This document shows positions 43,666 through 53,924 of a stretch of 55,423 bases of DNA, piece by piece. The notes under the pieces are model-generated. The model did no database searches. It had not been told where the DNA came from and saw nothing but the letters and a program-made list of their open reading frames with translations. Position 1 is the stretch's first letter. Every line of letters starts with the position of its first letter. The stretch comes from a virus (taxonomy: Duplodnaviria; Caudoviricetes): the IMG/VR virus record IMGVR_UViG_3300042892_000300, positions 1 through 55,423 of that record; one strand, given 5' to 3'. The translations under genes and the position numbers were made by a program.

Positions 43666-44193
43666 CTACTTTCCCTGTCGACGAGTATCAATTTCTTCCA
43701 TGGCGTCGAGAAGACACTGGAAGGTTCCTCTGGCCGCATCGGTCAGTGCACCTTTAAGCCGAAGTGCTTGCACAAATGCTTCGGCCTCTGCCGGGTTGTG
43801 AAAGCGGACGTGCCGCTTCGGGAGTTCTCGGCCTGCCTCGGCAAACCGCTTCTCCATCACACGCCCACCGCGACGATGCGCGCCGACCAGCACATAGGCT
43901 GCGCCACCGATACGCTCGGGGGTTGTGAGTGTAGCTACAAACTGTCTCGCTGCCTGCACAGGTGTAGGTACAAGCGGCAGCATGTCGATAAGGTCGAGCG
44001 TTAGTTCCCCGGCTACCTGCACATAGGGCGGGACCCACGGGTCAATGGCTACATGGAGTGTATGCAGCACACCCAGCCAGTCGCACCAGTCTTGATCTGA
44101 GACTGTGGCATTGGACATGGTTTGACCCAGTGGGTGCGCCTCACACGCATGGTGTAAGTCGCGGGTAGATTCGTAGAGAGGTTTGGACTGCAT
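43666..44193 (-). CDS. Heme oxygenase-like protein (175 aa)
   Basis: ATG 44193 (TGATG overlap with fibre gene); LYESTRDLHHACE and GAAYVLVGAHRRGG resemble HO proximal and distal helices. Confidence 0.6.
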   Translation of the reverse strand: MQSKPLYESTRDLHHACEAHPLGQTMSNATVSDQDWCDWLGVLHTLHVAIDPWVPPYVQVAGELTLDLIDMLPLVPTPVQAARQFVATLTTPERIGGAAYVLVGAHRRGGRVMEKRFAEAGRELPKRHVRFHNPAEAEAFVQALRLKGALTDAARGTFQCLLDAMEEIDTRRQGK

Positions 44194-45479
44194 CAGGCGA
44201 ACACCGACAGCAGCCCAGCAGACGGACCACCCACACCCGCGCCCTCGCGCGACCATCGCACTGACCATCCGGCAGGGACCACTCCGCTAAGAGTAATTGG
44301 ATAGCTGAACGAGGACCCAGATGAGTTCTGATGAAACCTCGCGTCCATTGCGTAAGATGTCCCGCCGTTGGGGGTTGTGACCTGTATGTAGGTATTACCA
44401 AAATTACCGGCAGGTACCGTCGTTTCCACTACTATTACAACATAAGCAGTTCGCCCTGACACATTAACGTATGCCGTGTCTCCCGAAAACGCAGTTGGAT
44501 TCTGGTATACATTCGCGAAAACGCTAGTTGCGCCGGACGTGCCGGTCGGACCAGTGACACCCTGCGCGCCTGTTGGACCTGTCGGACCAGTGACCGTGCT
44601 AGCTGCACCAGTAGGACCAGTGGGGCCTGCACCCGTGGGACCGGTAGGACCACCAGCGGGACCTTGAGGGCCAGTAGGACCTGTAGGACCTACACCTGTA
44701 GGACCGGTAGGACCTGCACCGCCGGAACCAGTAGGACCAGTAGGACCACCGGCAGCGCCAGCGGGACCAGTAGGACCCACACCTGTAGGACCAGTAGCGC
44801 CAGCGGGACCAGTGGGACCTGCCGGACCAGCGACCGTACTTGCTGCACCCTGTGCGCCTGTCGGCCCCGTTGGACCGCCGCCAGATATACCTTGTGGACC
44901 CGAGGGTCCAGTGGGACCTGCGGCACCAGTGGGACCTCCACCTTGGGGACCGGTTGCACCGGTTGGCCCCGCAGCAGTAGAAGCCGTACCCTGCGGGCCG
45001 GTAGGACCTGTTGGGCCAATACCCCCAGTGGAACCTGATCCGGCAGGACCAGTCGGGCCGGGAGGACCGATGATCTGTCCGACGTTATTCCATGCCGAAC
45101 CGCTCCACACATAGAGGTCACCATCGGCAGTGACGATGTAGGCGTCGTTGACAGTATTACCTGTCGGAGGGAGGTTGCCGACGGTAGCGACAGTTCCTTT
45201 GAGGTTGATCGACGTGCCCTGAGCACCTTGTGCACCGGTAGGACCAGTTGCACCCGTAGGTCCCGTGGGACCGTTCGTACCCACGGGGCCGGTAGGACCG
45301 ACGACTCCGCCGTATGGAAGGGCGAGGTAGGCGCTAGTCCCGTTACCAACCTTGAACTTATTAGTATCTGTCTCCAACACAAGTTCGCGGTCGGCAAGAA
45401 CCGGGTTGAACGTCGTCCACCGCGCGAGCGTATCGCCACGCAATGCAAACCCAATGGTGGATGACGGAGTTATCGGCAT
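44193..45479 (-). CDS. Collagen-like (Gly-Pro-Thr) fibre protein 2 with Mtd-N-like anchor
   Basis: LRGDTLARW...[20 protein letters not shown]-terminus; long interrupted GPT/GAT/GPQ tract; globular C-terminus. Confidence 0.85.
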   Translation of the reverse strand: MPITPSSTIGFALRGDTLARWTTFNPVLADRELVLETDTNKFKVGNGTSAYLALPYGGVVGPTGPVGTNGPTGPTGATGPTGAQGAQGTSINLKGTVATVGNLPPTGNTVNDAYIVTADGDLYVWSGSAWNNVGQIIGPPGPTGPAGSGSTGGIGPTGPTGPQGTASTAAGPTGATGPQGGGPTGAAGPTGPSGPQGISGGGPTGPTGAQGAASTVAGPAGPTGPAGATGPTGVGPTGPAGAAGGPTGPTGSGGAGPTGPTGVGPTGPTGPQGPAGGPTGPTGAGPTGPTGAASTVTGPTGPTGAQGVTGPTGTSGATSVFANVYQNPTAFSGDTAYVNVSGRTAYVVIVVETTVPAGNFGNTYIQVTTPNGGTSYAMDARFHQNSSGSSFSYPITLSGVVPAGWSVRWSREGAGVGGPSAGLLSVFA

Positions 45480-45484
45480 CGGCT

Positions 45485-46546
45485 TTATGCCTCCAGCTTG
45501 GCCCGATAGAAGGCAAGGTTATTCTTCAGTCGTTCGTTAGTAGGTTCAAGTTGACAAGCCAACTCGCCCTGCTCCACGGCACCACTATACTCGTTAATGT
45601 GGAATGCAGCAATGGCCATAAGATCATGGGGCTTTGCCCCCCACACGGTCGGGTCCATGGTGTAGACCAAGGCTTTGTCCTTGATCTCCAGTGCCTGTGC
45701 AGCAGCATCATAACATGCCTGCCAGTCCTGATCTTGGTATGCCAGATCGGCGAGTTCAACCCAAGGTTCGCGTGTGTTCGGTGCTTCGACGGTGGCCTTC
45801 CGGTACCACTTGCGCGCTGTGTCCTGCTGCCCCAGTTTGGCATATGATTGCCCCAGTAACCGCATCGCATAGCACCGCTCATTCGCCCAGTTCGCCTGCG
45901 GATTATCGAGGTACTTCAGCAGCGCAACGATAGCGTCCACCCACTGGTTGTAAAAAGTTAGTTCGCGGGCGTAGTAGAAGGCGTTGCGCGGGCAGGCCGG
46001 GTCCTCTTTTACCGACAACTCTAGCAGATCGAGATACTGCCCTCGGCTTTTGCTAGGGTCGGGATGATGGCTGACCAGCAACACATCGGTGTGTGCATAG
46101 ACTTCTTTGATGCGACCATCGGGACGCGGGTACTCATGACATGGATGGTGCCAGTGATAGCCATGGCGCGCATGGATTTTTTCATAGTAGAAACTGATGC
46201 CGCTACCCCAGTCGAACTTGTACCGCAGCCGCGTCGTGTTTTCTTTCCAGACACGTTCGATCTCCTCACGCCATCCCGGCTCCATCACCTCATCGAGGTC
46301 GAGGCTGATGCACACATCAATATCACGGGGCACCAGCGCCAACGCAGCATCACGCGCTTTATCAAACCGCCAAGGGGTGATGCAGATGTCGTGCACCACA
46401 GCGCCATGTTCACGGGCTTTAGCAACGGTATCATCTGTGCTGCCGGTGTCGGCAATCATGACGAGGTCGGCGTCCTGCGCGGACGCGCAGAAACGCTCGA
46501 TAAACTCTTCTTCGTTCTTACTGATAGCGTAGATTGCGATCTTCAT
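45485..46546 (-). CDS. GT2 glycosyltransferase with TPR C-terminus (SgtA/SunS-like protein O-glycosyltransferase)
   Basis: KNEE, DTGSTD.T, PWRFD.AR, DxD in SLDLDE, HPCHE; TPR-like helices. Confidence 0.88.
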   Translation of the reverse strand: MKIAIYAISKNEEEFIERFCASAQDADLVMIADTGSTDDTVAKAREHGAVVHDICITPWRFDKARDAALALVPRDIDVCISLDLDEVMEPGWREEIERVWKENTTRLRYKFDWGSGISFYYEKIHARHGYHWHHPCHEYPRPDGRIKEVYAHTDVLLVSHHPDPSKSRGQYLDLLELSVKEDPACPRNAFYYARELTFYNQWVDAIVALLKYLDNPQANWANERCYAMRLLGQSYAKLGQQDTARKWYRKATVEAPNTREPWVELADLAYQDQDWQACYDAAAQALEIKDKALVYTMDPTVWGAKPHDLMAIAAFHINEYSGAVEQGELACQLEPTNERLKNNLAFYRAKLEA

Positions 46547-46581
46547 GGGGTGCCTCCGCCCGAGTTGCCACCCACGTTAGA

Positions 46582-47055
46582 TCACAACGGCGAGGTTGGC
46601 CAAGTGATATTAAATGGGTCGGTCTGCGTGTTTGGCACGTCGCGCAGGTCTTGGCGATAGGCGGACCATGCAACTCGCTGCTCGTCAGTCAGTGGGGCGT
46701 CGGCAATCTGCGTCCAATCCGTGCTGGCCAGCTTCCAACCGCGCAGATTGCGTACAGCGGTCCATTCCTGCTCAGTGCGGGCGACAACTTCGCCTAAGGC
46801 CATAGGTTGGACCGCCCACGTCTGCCGCCAGCGGCCATACTCGTCCTTGACCGGCGTGACTTCGACGGCCTTTTCAAACGTGGCGAGATCAGGTTGGTTG
46901 CTGAAGTCATACAGGCCGAAGCCCAGCGGCTCGATGTCTTCTGGGACGAACGGCCAAGAGAAGCTGGTGTTCGAGAACAACGCGCGGAAGTTGTCTTCCA
47001 CGATAGCATGGCCAACAGGCTGGCCATCAACGAGTTGAATGAACATGGTCATCAA
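46582..47055 (-). CDS. Tail fibre assembly chaperone
   Basis: W..VR..R...L..TDWTQ..DAP....W..YRQ.LRDVP.....P..I.WP. Confidence 0.85.
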   Translation of the reverse strand: MMTMFIQLVDGQPVGHAIVEDNFRALFSNTSFSWPFVPEDIEPLGFGLYDFSNQPDLATFEKAVEVTPVKDEYGRWRQTWAVQPMALGEVVARTEQEWTAVRNLRGWKLASTDWTQIADAPLTDEQRVAWSAYRQDLRDVPNTQTDPFNITWPTSPL

Positions 47056-47918
47056 AGGTTACCTGTATTGGTGGATGGGAAAACTCGTGTTGTACCGGGC
47101 CAGATGATACGGACCCCGCCGGCTGCTCCGAGACCACCTGTGCGATTGTAGGCTGCGCCGGAACCTCCGCCGCCAACAGCGCCGCCAGTAGCGCCGTTCG
47201 AGTTGGCGAAGCCGGGTGCGCCCGCAGCGCCTGCGCCCGGACCGCCTTGGCCCGTGTTAGCAGTAGGAGCAGCCGGTGTTATAGTGGCACCAAGAAGTGA
47301 CGCACCACCGCCCCCACCGCCGGCGCTCATTCCCGAAACACCACGAGCGCCGCCTGAACCGCCGCCGCTTGCTCCCGGATCGGCGTTATAAAAGTAGCCG
47401 CCGCCGCGCCCGCCGTTACCAGTGTAACCGGCAGCGCCACCGCCTCCACAAGCCTCTTGGTAGCTAGCAGCACCGCCTTCACCACCACTGTTTCTTACCA
47501 CCCCAGTGCCGGAAGAAGCTGCGCCGCCAGAGCCTTGCGAGCCGTAGTCACGACCGCCCCCACCACCTACAGCAGAAACTACAGAGCTAAAAAGACTAGA
47601 CCCGCCAGTACCTCCCGTTACGATAAATGAGGAACCGCCCGATCCTCCGGCACCCACAGTTACAGAGTAGCTCGTACCCGCAGTGACTGAAATGTTATTG
47701 CTGTACGAGAGCGCGCCACCGCCGCCTCCACCGCCGGAGTACCCGACGTCTGTCCCGCCGAAACCGCCACCGCCTCCACCGCCTACTACAACGACAGACA
47801 CAGAAGTTACCCCCTCAGGAGCCACCCACGAAAAGGTCCCTGCCGTGGTATACGCCGCTTGCCCCGCCGAAGGACCGCCCCCACCCACCATCAGCAATGC
47901 GCGAGATACGCTATCCAT
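47052..47918 (-). CDS. Glycine-rich adhesin/fibre-tip protein 2
   Basis: YTTAGTFSWVAP.GVTSVSVVVVGGGGGG ... G.VRIIW; polyglycine runs. Confidence 0.75.
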   Translation of the reverse strand: MDSVSRALLMVGGGGPSAGQAAYTTAGTFSWVAPEGVTSVSVVVVGGGGGGGFGGTDVGYSGGGGGGGALSYSNNISVTAGTSYSVTVGAGGSGGSSFIVTGGTGGSSLFSSVVSAVGGGGGRDYGSQGSGGAASSGTGVVRNSGGEGGAASYQEACGGGGAAGYTGNGGRGGGYFYNADPGASGGGSGGARGVSGMSAGGGGGGASLLGATITPAAPTANTGQGGPGAGAAGAPGFANSNGATGGAVGGGGSGAAYNRTGGLGAAGGVRIIWPGTTRVFPSTNTGNL

Positions 47919-47922
47919 CGAC

Positions 47923-48441
47923 TTACACCAAGTAGTTGGTTTGCGGAACGCCGTACCAAGTCGTGCCAGCGTTATCGGTTACGAACGTAATCAGGTGCGT
48001 TCTGCTGGTCGTCAGCGTCGGAGCGGTATTACCGGGCCATTTTACAGCGGCAGGCCATGTGATCGTGCCGCTAGTGTGAACGACCTCAAGCGTGAAGGCG
48101 TAAGCCGTGCCGCTGGTCGGAGGATTGCTGAACGTGAAGGTGCTGGTTGCTGCAATCGTCTTGGTGAAGTAGTTGCTAGCAGAACAATCAACATCAAGCG
48201 CGGCTACCGCCGTCGCCGTCTGACGCACCGACCCAGTAGTAGAGACTGCCCCGTCGAGAACAGGGGCTGTTAGTGAAGTACCGGAAGGCAGCGCGACCGT
48301 GCCGGTAAACGTCGGAGACACAAGAGGGGCCACCCCCGTCAGCGTGTTGCTAGAGAATGAGATCGTTTTGTTTGCAATCGTCTGCGTGTTCGTCGCTGTA
48401 AGGACGTTCGACGGAGTGATGATGTTAGAGAGATTAGCCAT
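47923..48441 (-). CDS. Short fibre/adaptor protein
   Basis: NTQTIANKT, PTFTG fibre repeats; ITWP..VKWPG.TAPTL...TTWYG C-terminal module. Confidence 0.65.
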   Translation of the reverse strand: MANLSNIITPSNVLTATNTQTIANKTISFSSNTLTGVAPLVSPTFTGTVALPSGTSLTAPVLDGAVSTTGSVRQTATAVAALDVDCSASNYFTKTIAATSTFTFSNPPTSGTAYAFTLEVVHTSGTITWPAAVKWPGNTAPTLTTSRTHLITFVTDNAGTTWYGVPQTNYLV

Positions 48442-49217
48442 TAGAGGTTCCCCGTATTAGTTGAAGGGAAGGCGCGTCCTTCGCCCCAGATGATGCGGAC
48501 AGCACCAACACCAGCAACACCAGCCCAAGCATCTGCGCCGCCGCCATAGAGGCTACCAGAACCTCCTGAACCGGCAACGCCGGGGTTATCAGTGGCCGCA
48601 CCCCCACTGGTACCCTGACCCAACAGACCCACGCCTCCGCCCGGATAACCACGTCCGCCGCCGCCTCCTGCACCTCCAGTCCCTCCCGTCCCCGTAGTAG
48701 TGCCAGAAACAACGTCGGCCCCGACGCCCCCAGTTCCAGCATAACCGCCCGCACCGCCGCCGCCGCCAATAGTAGTTCGGCTACTTCCGTTAAAGTTACT
48801 GCGGCCTCCGGTGCCTCCGGTGCCTCCGCCATCATAAATGTCAGAAAAAGACCCCCCCGCACGGCCCTGAAGGCCACCTTGTCCGCCGGTCGCAGTAACA
48901 GTTATCACCCCGTTATTAAAACTGCTATTACCCCCACTTCCTTGTGACAAACCAGCAATACCGACCACTACAGTATAAGATACGCCGGGTGTTACAGCGA
49001 TGTTGTTTTTGTACGCAAGACCGGCACCTCCGCCGCACGGATAACTTGGATTACCGCCGCCCCAACCACCTCCGCCCCCGACACAAACCACGCATACGCT
49101 AGTCACACCAGCGGGGGCGACCCACGAAAACGTGCCATTAGTTGTGAAAGCCTGCTGTCCCGGCAATGCGGGTGGCGCACTGGCCCCACCGAGCAAGGCT
49201 AACATAATGCCCGACAT
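48441..49217 (-). CDS. Glycine-rich adhesin/fibre-tip protein 1
   Basis: Paralog of 47052..47918; same N-terminal motif and identical C-terminal FPSTNTGNL. Confidence 0.75.
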   Translation of the reverse strand: MSGIMLALLGGASAPPALPGQQAFTTNGTFSWVAPAGVTSVCVVCVGGGGGWGGGNPSYPCGGGAGLAYKNNIAVTPGVSYTVVVGIAGLSQGSGGNSSFNNGVITVTATGGQGGLQGRAGGSFSDIYDGGGTGGTGGRSNFNGSSRTTIGGGGGAGGYAGTGGVGADVVSGTTTGTGGTGGAGGGGGRGYPGGGVGLLGQGTSGGAATDNPGVAGSGGSGSLYGGGADAWAGVAGVGAVRIIWGEGRAFPSTNTGNL

Positions 49218-50788
49218 TAGGTGACATTTCCAGAGACGACGCAGACCGTTCCGCTGATAAACAGGATCGTGGCTACGCCACGGGTAGCCAACGTCATTGT
49301 AGCTTTATCTGTATTAGTTCCACCGATGTAAGCAGTCGTGATCGAGCAGGTGATAGTGATGTTGCCTGTTGTATCATTATAGATCGAAATAGCATCACCA
49401 GCAGCAAACGTAGCATCCGGGATCGTCACGCTACCGCCGGTACCGACGTTGACGAACGTACCCACATCACCTGTGGTCAACGTATAGCTGCCAGTCTTGG
49501 CAGCGCCTGTTTGCGGGATAGCACGGAGCTTGCCCAGGCCATCCGAGACGGTGCCGCTGAATGTCGGAGAGGCAAGCGGGGCAAAGGTTGTGGTGTTCAA
49601 CGTCCACGTATTGGCGGCGGTCTTTTGAAGTAGACCGGATGTTCCTGTCAGTGCGCCAACGGCTTGGAGATCGGCATCATAACCCTGTACGGTTACGCCA
49701 ATCGCAGCCGCCGTTAGGACATTGGTGTCGTCTGCACCAACCTGAGCGTACACCTGCCACGTTGTTCCAGTGTATATCAACTGGACGCTTAACCCGGAGA
49801 TGTCGCAGGTGAGGTCTTCTGCCAATCCCTCAATGGTTGAACCATTGCGGATGACAGTGAGGTTGTTGGTCGCCCATGAATCGTTGGCGTCGGTAACGAT
49901 TACTTGATCGCCAGCCGCAGGCGTGGCGGGAAGCGTAACAGCAAACGCCCCACCAGATGTGTTTGTTTGCACACCTTGACCAGACGACGCGGTGAACGCG
50001 CTTGTTTTTACATCGGTGTAGATAATGCTGTTTGTACCAGTGGGGCCAGCGGTACCCGTTGGACCAGTGGGACCACCAGCACCCTGCGGCCCGGTCGGGC
50101 CAGCGGTAGTGCTAGCCGCGCCTGTAGGACCAGTGGGACCAAGATTACCCACGTCGCCGGGGATACCCTGCGGACCAGTGGGACCTGTTGGACCAGCTAC
50201 AGTAGAGGCACTACCTTGGGGGCCAGTGGGTCCCCCGGGACCCGGAACAGTTGAAGCATCACCCTGCGGGCCGGTAGGACCTGTTGGACCAGTACTTCCA
50301 AGGCTACCGGTCGGACCGGTCGGGCCGAAGTTTCCTACGTCGCCAGCAGGGCCAGTCGCGCCCGTGGGTCCGGTTAGGCCAGTGCTACCCGTTGGGCCGA
50401 CAGCGCCAGTCGGGCCGACAGCGCCAGTGGGACCTATAGGCCCAACGATTTGACCGACGTTAGACCACGCGGAACCGGTCCACACATATAGGTCGCCGTC
50501 TGCCGTGACGATGTAGGCGTCGTTGACGACGTTACCCGTGGGTGGGAGATTACCAACAGTGGCAACGGTGCCTTTGAGATTGATTGACGTACCCTGCGGG
50601 CCAGTGGGGCCGACGATGCCGCCATAGGGCAGGCTCAGATATGCCGTGACGCCATTGCCGATCTTGAACTTATTAGTATCCGTCTCCAGCACCATCTCGC
50701 GGTTGGCGAGGACCGGGTTAAACGAGGTCCATCGCGCAAGTGTATCACCGCGCAAAGAAAGCTGAAAGATCGACGCGCTAATGGTCAC
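49217..50788 (-). CDS. Collagen-like (Gly-Pro-Thr) fibre protein 1 with Mtd-N-like anchor and T4 gp34-like repeat
   Basis: Same N-terminus as fibre 2; GPT tract at about 50030-50450; TSGGAF.VTLPA.P..GD...W..NNLTV..NG.TI domain. Confidence 0.85.
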   Translation of the reverse strand: MTISASIFQLSLRGDTLARWTSFNPVLANREMVLETDTNKFKIGNGVTAYLSLPYGGIVGPTGPQGTSINLKGTVATVGNLPPTGNVVNDAYIVTADGDLYVWTGSAWSNVGQIVGPIGPTGAVGPTGAVGPTGSTGLTGPTGATGPAGDVGNFGPTGPTGSLGSTGPTGPTGPQGDASTVPGPGGPTGPQGSASTVAGPTGPTGPQGIPGDVGNLGPTGPTGAASTTAGPTGPQGAGGPTGPTGTAGPTGTNSIIYTDVKTSAFTASSGQGVQTNTSGGAFAVTLPATPAAGDQVIVTDANDSWATNNLTVIRNGSTIEGLAEDLTCDISGLSVQLIYTGTTWQVYAQVGADDTNVLTAAAIGVTVQGYDADLQAVGALTGTSGLLQKTAANTWTLNTTTFAPLASPTFSGTVSDGLGKLRAIPQTGAAKTGSYTLTTGDVGTFVNVGTGGSVTIPDATFAAGDAISIYNDTTGNITITCSITTAYIGGTNTDKATMTLATRGVATILFISGTVCVVSGNVT

Positions 50789-51039
50789 GGCTGCGCACTC
50801 CCAAGATCGATACGAGCACCGCCAGTGTAATTCGTCTCCGCATTACCGGCGTCGATGAGGGTGGACAGCACCGGGGCCAGTGCCACCCATGCTGCGCCTG
50901 TGCTGTAGTGCATCAGGTTGTCTTCGCCAGCCACGACCGCGCCCTCATACCCAATCGTAGACAAGGCGATAGGTGTCGCGTACCGCAACGACTGTCCGGC
51001 TGAACGCTCACGCCCGGAGGCGAACTTCACGCTGCTCAT
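50785..51039 (-). CDS. Small hypothetical tail-region protein
   Basis: 84 aa, overlapping start/stop on both sides. Confidence 0.6.
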   Translation of the reverse strand: MSSVKFASGRERSAGQSLRYATPIALSTIGYEGAVVAGEDNLMHYSTGAAWVALAPVLSTLIDAGNAETNYTGGARIDLGSAQP

Positions 51040-51446
51040 AGTGTGACGAACTCCTCGCGCTGGTTTAGCACATAGGACAGACTAGCAACAGCACCTTGGA
51101 AGTTTTCGCACTTGAGTTGTAATCGGTCGCCGCTGGGTAGGTTCTGCTTACCTAGTTCAATCAGTGCAAAATCGTTCGGCGGAATATCCATCTGATTTAG
51201 AATCCGCCACGTGACGCTGCTGCCATCCAACACCTGCATCGAGAATTGTATCGTTGCGCTTGAGTTGTTCGCCACGATCAGCGACGTAAGCAAAGCCACC
51301 GCCTGTACCGTGCGCTGCGGGTTGGGGCCGTTCACCGGGATCAGGTAGTTCGGCACATCCAAGATCGTCGTGTAGAACGACGGCACCTGAATGCGGTTGA
51401 CATTGAACAAGTTCAGTGGCGGACGGGGAGTAGTAATCGTGATCAT
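51036..51446 (-). CDS. Small beta-rich tail-associated protein
   Basis: 136 aa; PLNLF, IPPND...GK..L.SGD.L; GGAGG RBS. Confidence 0.6.
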   Translation of the reverse strand: MITITTPRPPLNLFNVNRIQVPSFYTTILDVPNYLIPVNGPNPQRTVQAVALLTSLIVANNSSATIQFSMQVLDGSSVTWRILNQMDIPPNDFALIELGKQNLPSGDRLQLKCENFQGAVASLSYVLNQREEFVTL

Positions 51447-51449
51447 GTG

Positions 51450-53912
51450 TCAGCCTCCGAGAGCCTGAATAAGTGGAAGTGTGATGTTCTGGACACCGCG
51501 CGAGAACGCCTGACCTTCAACAGTCCCGCGTTCAAAATCCACGCGGAGGTCGTCGCCGAGATAGGTATCACCCCGTTCGGTCGAGAAGGTCGCGTAGATA
51601 CGTCCACCGTTGATCTTCAGGTTAACCAGCGCAGGATCACCTGCCAGACCGGTACCTCGCTGAGAGTACGGTAGTGAATTAAAGTTCACGCCGGAGCCGA
51701 CGTAACTGAACTGCTGCCCAGTAGCCTCGACGACAGACGGGAACCCAACTTGTGGCGGGGTCGCGACGTTAGTCTTGATGAGTGCAATCAGCGAAGTCAG
51801 CATGGCCTCCGCAGGGCTAGTCAGAGAGCAGCGGGCCATGATGCGGTCGAAGGTGTAGTCGTAGCTAGCAAGAAAGATCGGCAGCAGACTCGATGCAAAA
51901 AAGTACTGCGCGTTCCAATCGAAAAGACCTTTGACAAAGAACTGCGACCCGCGATCTTGACCAGAGCGAAGATCGTCCGAAAGTTCACGCAGCAGTGTGT
52001 TAAGGTCTTGCCGTGTGAACGCTTCCTGCTCTTCGGTGAAGTTCTGCACCTCGACGAACTCATCCGCGAGGAGTGCGTAAACTTCCTCTACAATGATAGA
52101 CCGCTGCTCAGCGACAGCGTCAGCCGCTGCTACATAGACGCCGCGCGGTTGGCCGACGGGATCGGCGATCTGAATCGTATAACGGAACCCAGTCGAGACC
52201 AGTGCGTAGTCGCCGAAGGTGGAGTTGGAGTTAGCGACAGTGACCTGCCCGCCGTCATGGCACCACAGGCCGTACCGGCTCCAGTTCGAGAACACCGACA
52301 CCAACTGCACGAAGGCATTGCGCACCATTAGGTAGGCATAACCGTTGGGGTTGATCGCGGTGAACGAGTCGACGACGACGGACCGTAGAACAGACGAGGG
52401 GGCCAGCACAGACCCATCAGCGCGCAGATTGCCCCCGCCGCGCGGCATGAGCGGGTTACCTGTTGTGCGGTCAATCGGCAGCGTCATCTGGTCGTAAGTG
52501 AAGTCATGCAGCATCGAGCAGTCAGAGATGTACGGCGACCGGGTAATGAACGCACCCGGGTTGAACACGAACGCAAACCCCTTCTCCGGAGGGTAGTCGT
52601 GCCCTGCTACAGTGAGTGCTCCATTGACCTTGCGGTAGAGCACTGTCGCAACCGTGAAGTACCCATACGCGGCGACAGCCGCCATACCCAGCGTCGTCGT
52701 GGCATAATCCGGTGGGCTTTCATGCTGAAGGCCAGTGAACGTGAAACCGCGCACCTTGCACCCGCTGGTCAGGCGGAACATATTGTTCTGGCTCAGACCA
52801 TTCGGTAGTCGCAACTTGGTCACGCGCAGATCAAACCCATACAGGGCACAGTTCGTTGGAATGACCGTATCGGGCTGCACGATATACTCGCCCGGGTGCA
52901 CGATCACTGCGCACGACTGACCTGTAGCAGCAGCCGCTGCGAGACCCGCGCCAACAGTGGCAAATGGTACAGCGAGGCTTGTCCCAGCGTTGGCGTTATT
53001 GCCGCTCATGGTGACGTAGAAGGTGCGCGCAACAGTGTATGAGTCCGCGAGACCCGCGCCCGTAGGGATGCTGCCCGCTGGCCACTGGAAGTTGTTTGGG
53101 ACAACAAGGTCCGCAGCCGACACGACCAGTGCTGTCGGCGTCGGTGTTTCCCGCAGCCCGACTACTACCAGATCAGTCTCACAACCTGCACCAAAAGTGC
53201 GGTACCATGAGATACCGTAGCGCGCAGACGTTGGGATATAGACATCGAACACGTTCCCGCCGGGGAACCCAAGCGAGTACTCAAACTGGCGCAGAAGCGA
53301 ACTGACCAGCAGCGTGTTGTCCGAGTGAACAACCGTCTGGCCAATCTTGTTGCCGAAGCCGTTGTACCAGTCGATACCAGCGGTAATACCATCATTGGCA
53401 GGATCGCCGCTATCTTTGAACCGCTGGTACGCAACCCGGAATGTGTAGGTCTGGCTCGGCTCCAGCGGGACGCTGTCGATCATGTAGGCCGTACCGGCCC
53501 CCTGAAAGCGATAGACGTTACCGTTAAGGCTGGTTGTTACCGCGCCACCCGTAAGGGTGAAGTTGTTAGGGGCGTCACCGGGACGGTAATCCCGGAACAG
53601 CTTCTCGTCGACGATATTCGCGGCAATGTTGCCGACGGTGACCCGGAGTTCTACAAGACTGCCTACGTCGAACGATTTAGCTACCGTACTCTCAGCGCCA
53701 CGCGCGACAGTGAGGATATCTCCAGAACGCGCTGTGACGTTTACGATCTCAAAAAGACCATCCGCAGACACTACGGTAGCGGAGAAGTTATCACCAGCGG
53801 AGAGCACCGGAAACGATGCGCCCGTGCCGGTAGTCAGAACAATCTGGGTGGTGTTCGCAGCGATAGCGACACTGAGGAACCCCCTAGCATTGTTCTTGAG
53901 TTTAACCGCCAT
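51450..53912 (-). CDS. Tail spike/fibre with probable beta-helix (pectin lyase-like) domain
   Basis: N-terminal EIV.VTAR.GD.LTV.RG anchor; FYV..SGN..N.G.S...PFAT beta-helix cap; SPYI..CS, VQLVS, NSNS.FG. Confidence 0.75.
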   Translation of the reverse strand: MAVKLKNNARGFLSVAIAANTTQIVLTTGTGASFPVLSAGDNFSATVVSADGLFEIVNVTARSGDILTVARGAESTVAKSFDVGSLVELRVTVGNIAANIVDEKLFRDYRPGDAPNNFTLTGGAVTTSLNGNVYRFQGAGTAYMIDSVPLEPSQTYTFRVAYQRFKDSGDPANDGITAGIDWYNGFGNKIGQTVVHSDNTLLVSSLLRQFEYSLGFPGGNVFDVYIPTSARYGISWYRTFGAGCETDLVVVGLRETPTPTALVVSAADLVVPNNFQWPAGSIPTGAGLADSYTVARTFYVTMSGNNANAGTSLAVPFATVGAGLAAAAATGQSCAVIVHPGEYIVQPDTVIPTNCALYGFDLRVTKLRLPNGLSQNNMFRLTSGCKVRGFTFTGLQHESPPDYATTTLGMAAVAAYGYFTVATVLYRKVNGALTVAGHDYPPEKGFAFVFNPGAFITRSPYISDCSMLHDFTYDQMTLPIDRTTGNPLMPRGGGNLRADGSVLAPSSVLRSVVVDSFTAINPNGYAYLMVRNAFVQLVSVFSNWSRYGLWCHDGGQVTVANSNSTFGDYALVSTGFRYTIQIADPVGQPRGVYVAAADAVAEQRSIIVEEVYALLADEFVEVQNFTEEQEAFTRQDLNTLLRELSDDLRSGQDRGSQFFVKGLFDWNAQYFFASSLLPIFLASYDYTFDRIMARCSLTSPAEAMLTSLIALIKTNVATPPQVGFPSVVEATGQQFSYVGSGVNFNSLPYSQRGTGLAGDPALVNLKINGGRIYATFSTERGDTYLGDDLRVDFERGTVEGQAFSRGVQNITLPLIQALGG

Positions 53913-53924
53913 CTGCTAACTCCG

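Noticed and set aside
44435-45464. Alternative-frame and antisense ORFs over the collagen and Gly-rich genes
   Set aside because: Artefacts of repetitive GGN-CCN-ACN codons that lack stops
44193-50788. Diversity-generating retroelement suggested by the Mtd-N-like fibre anchors
   Set aside because: No reverse transcriptase and no TR/VR pair differing only at adenines was seen
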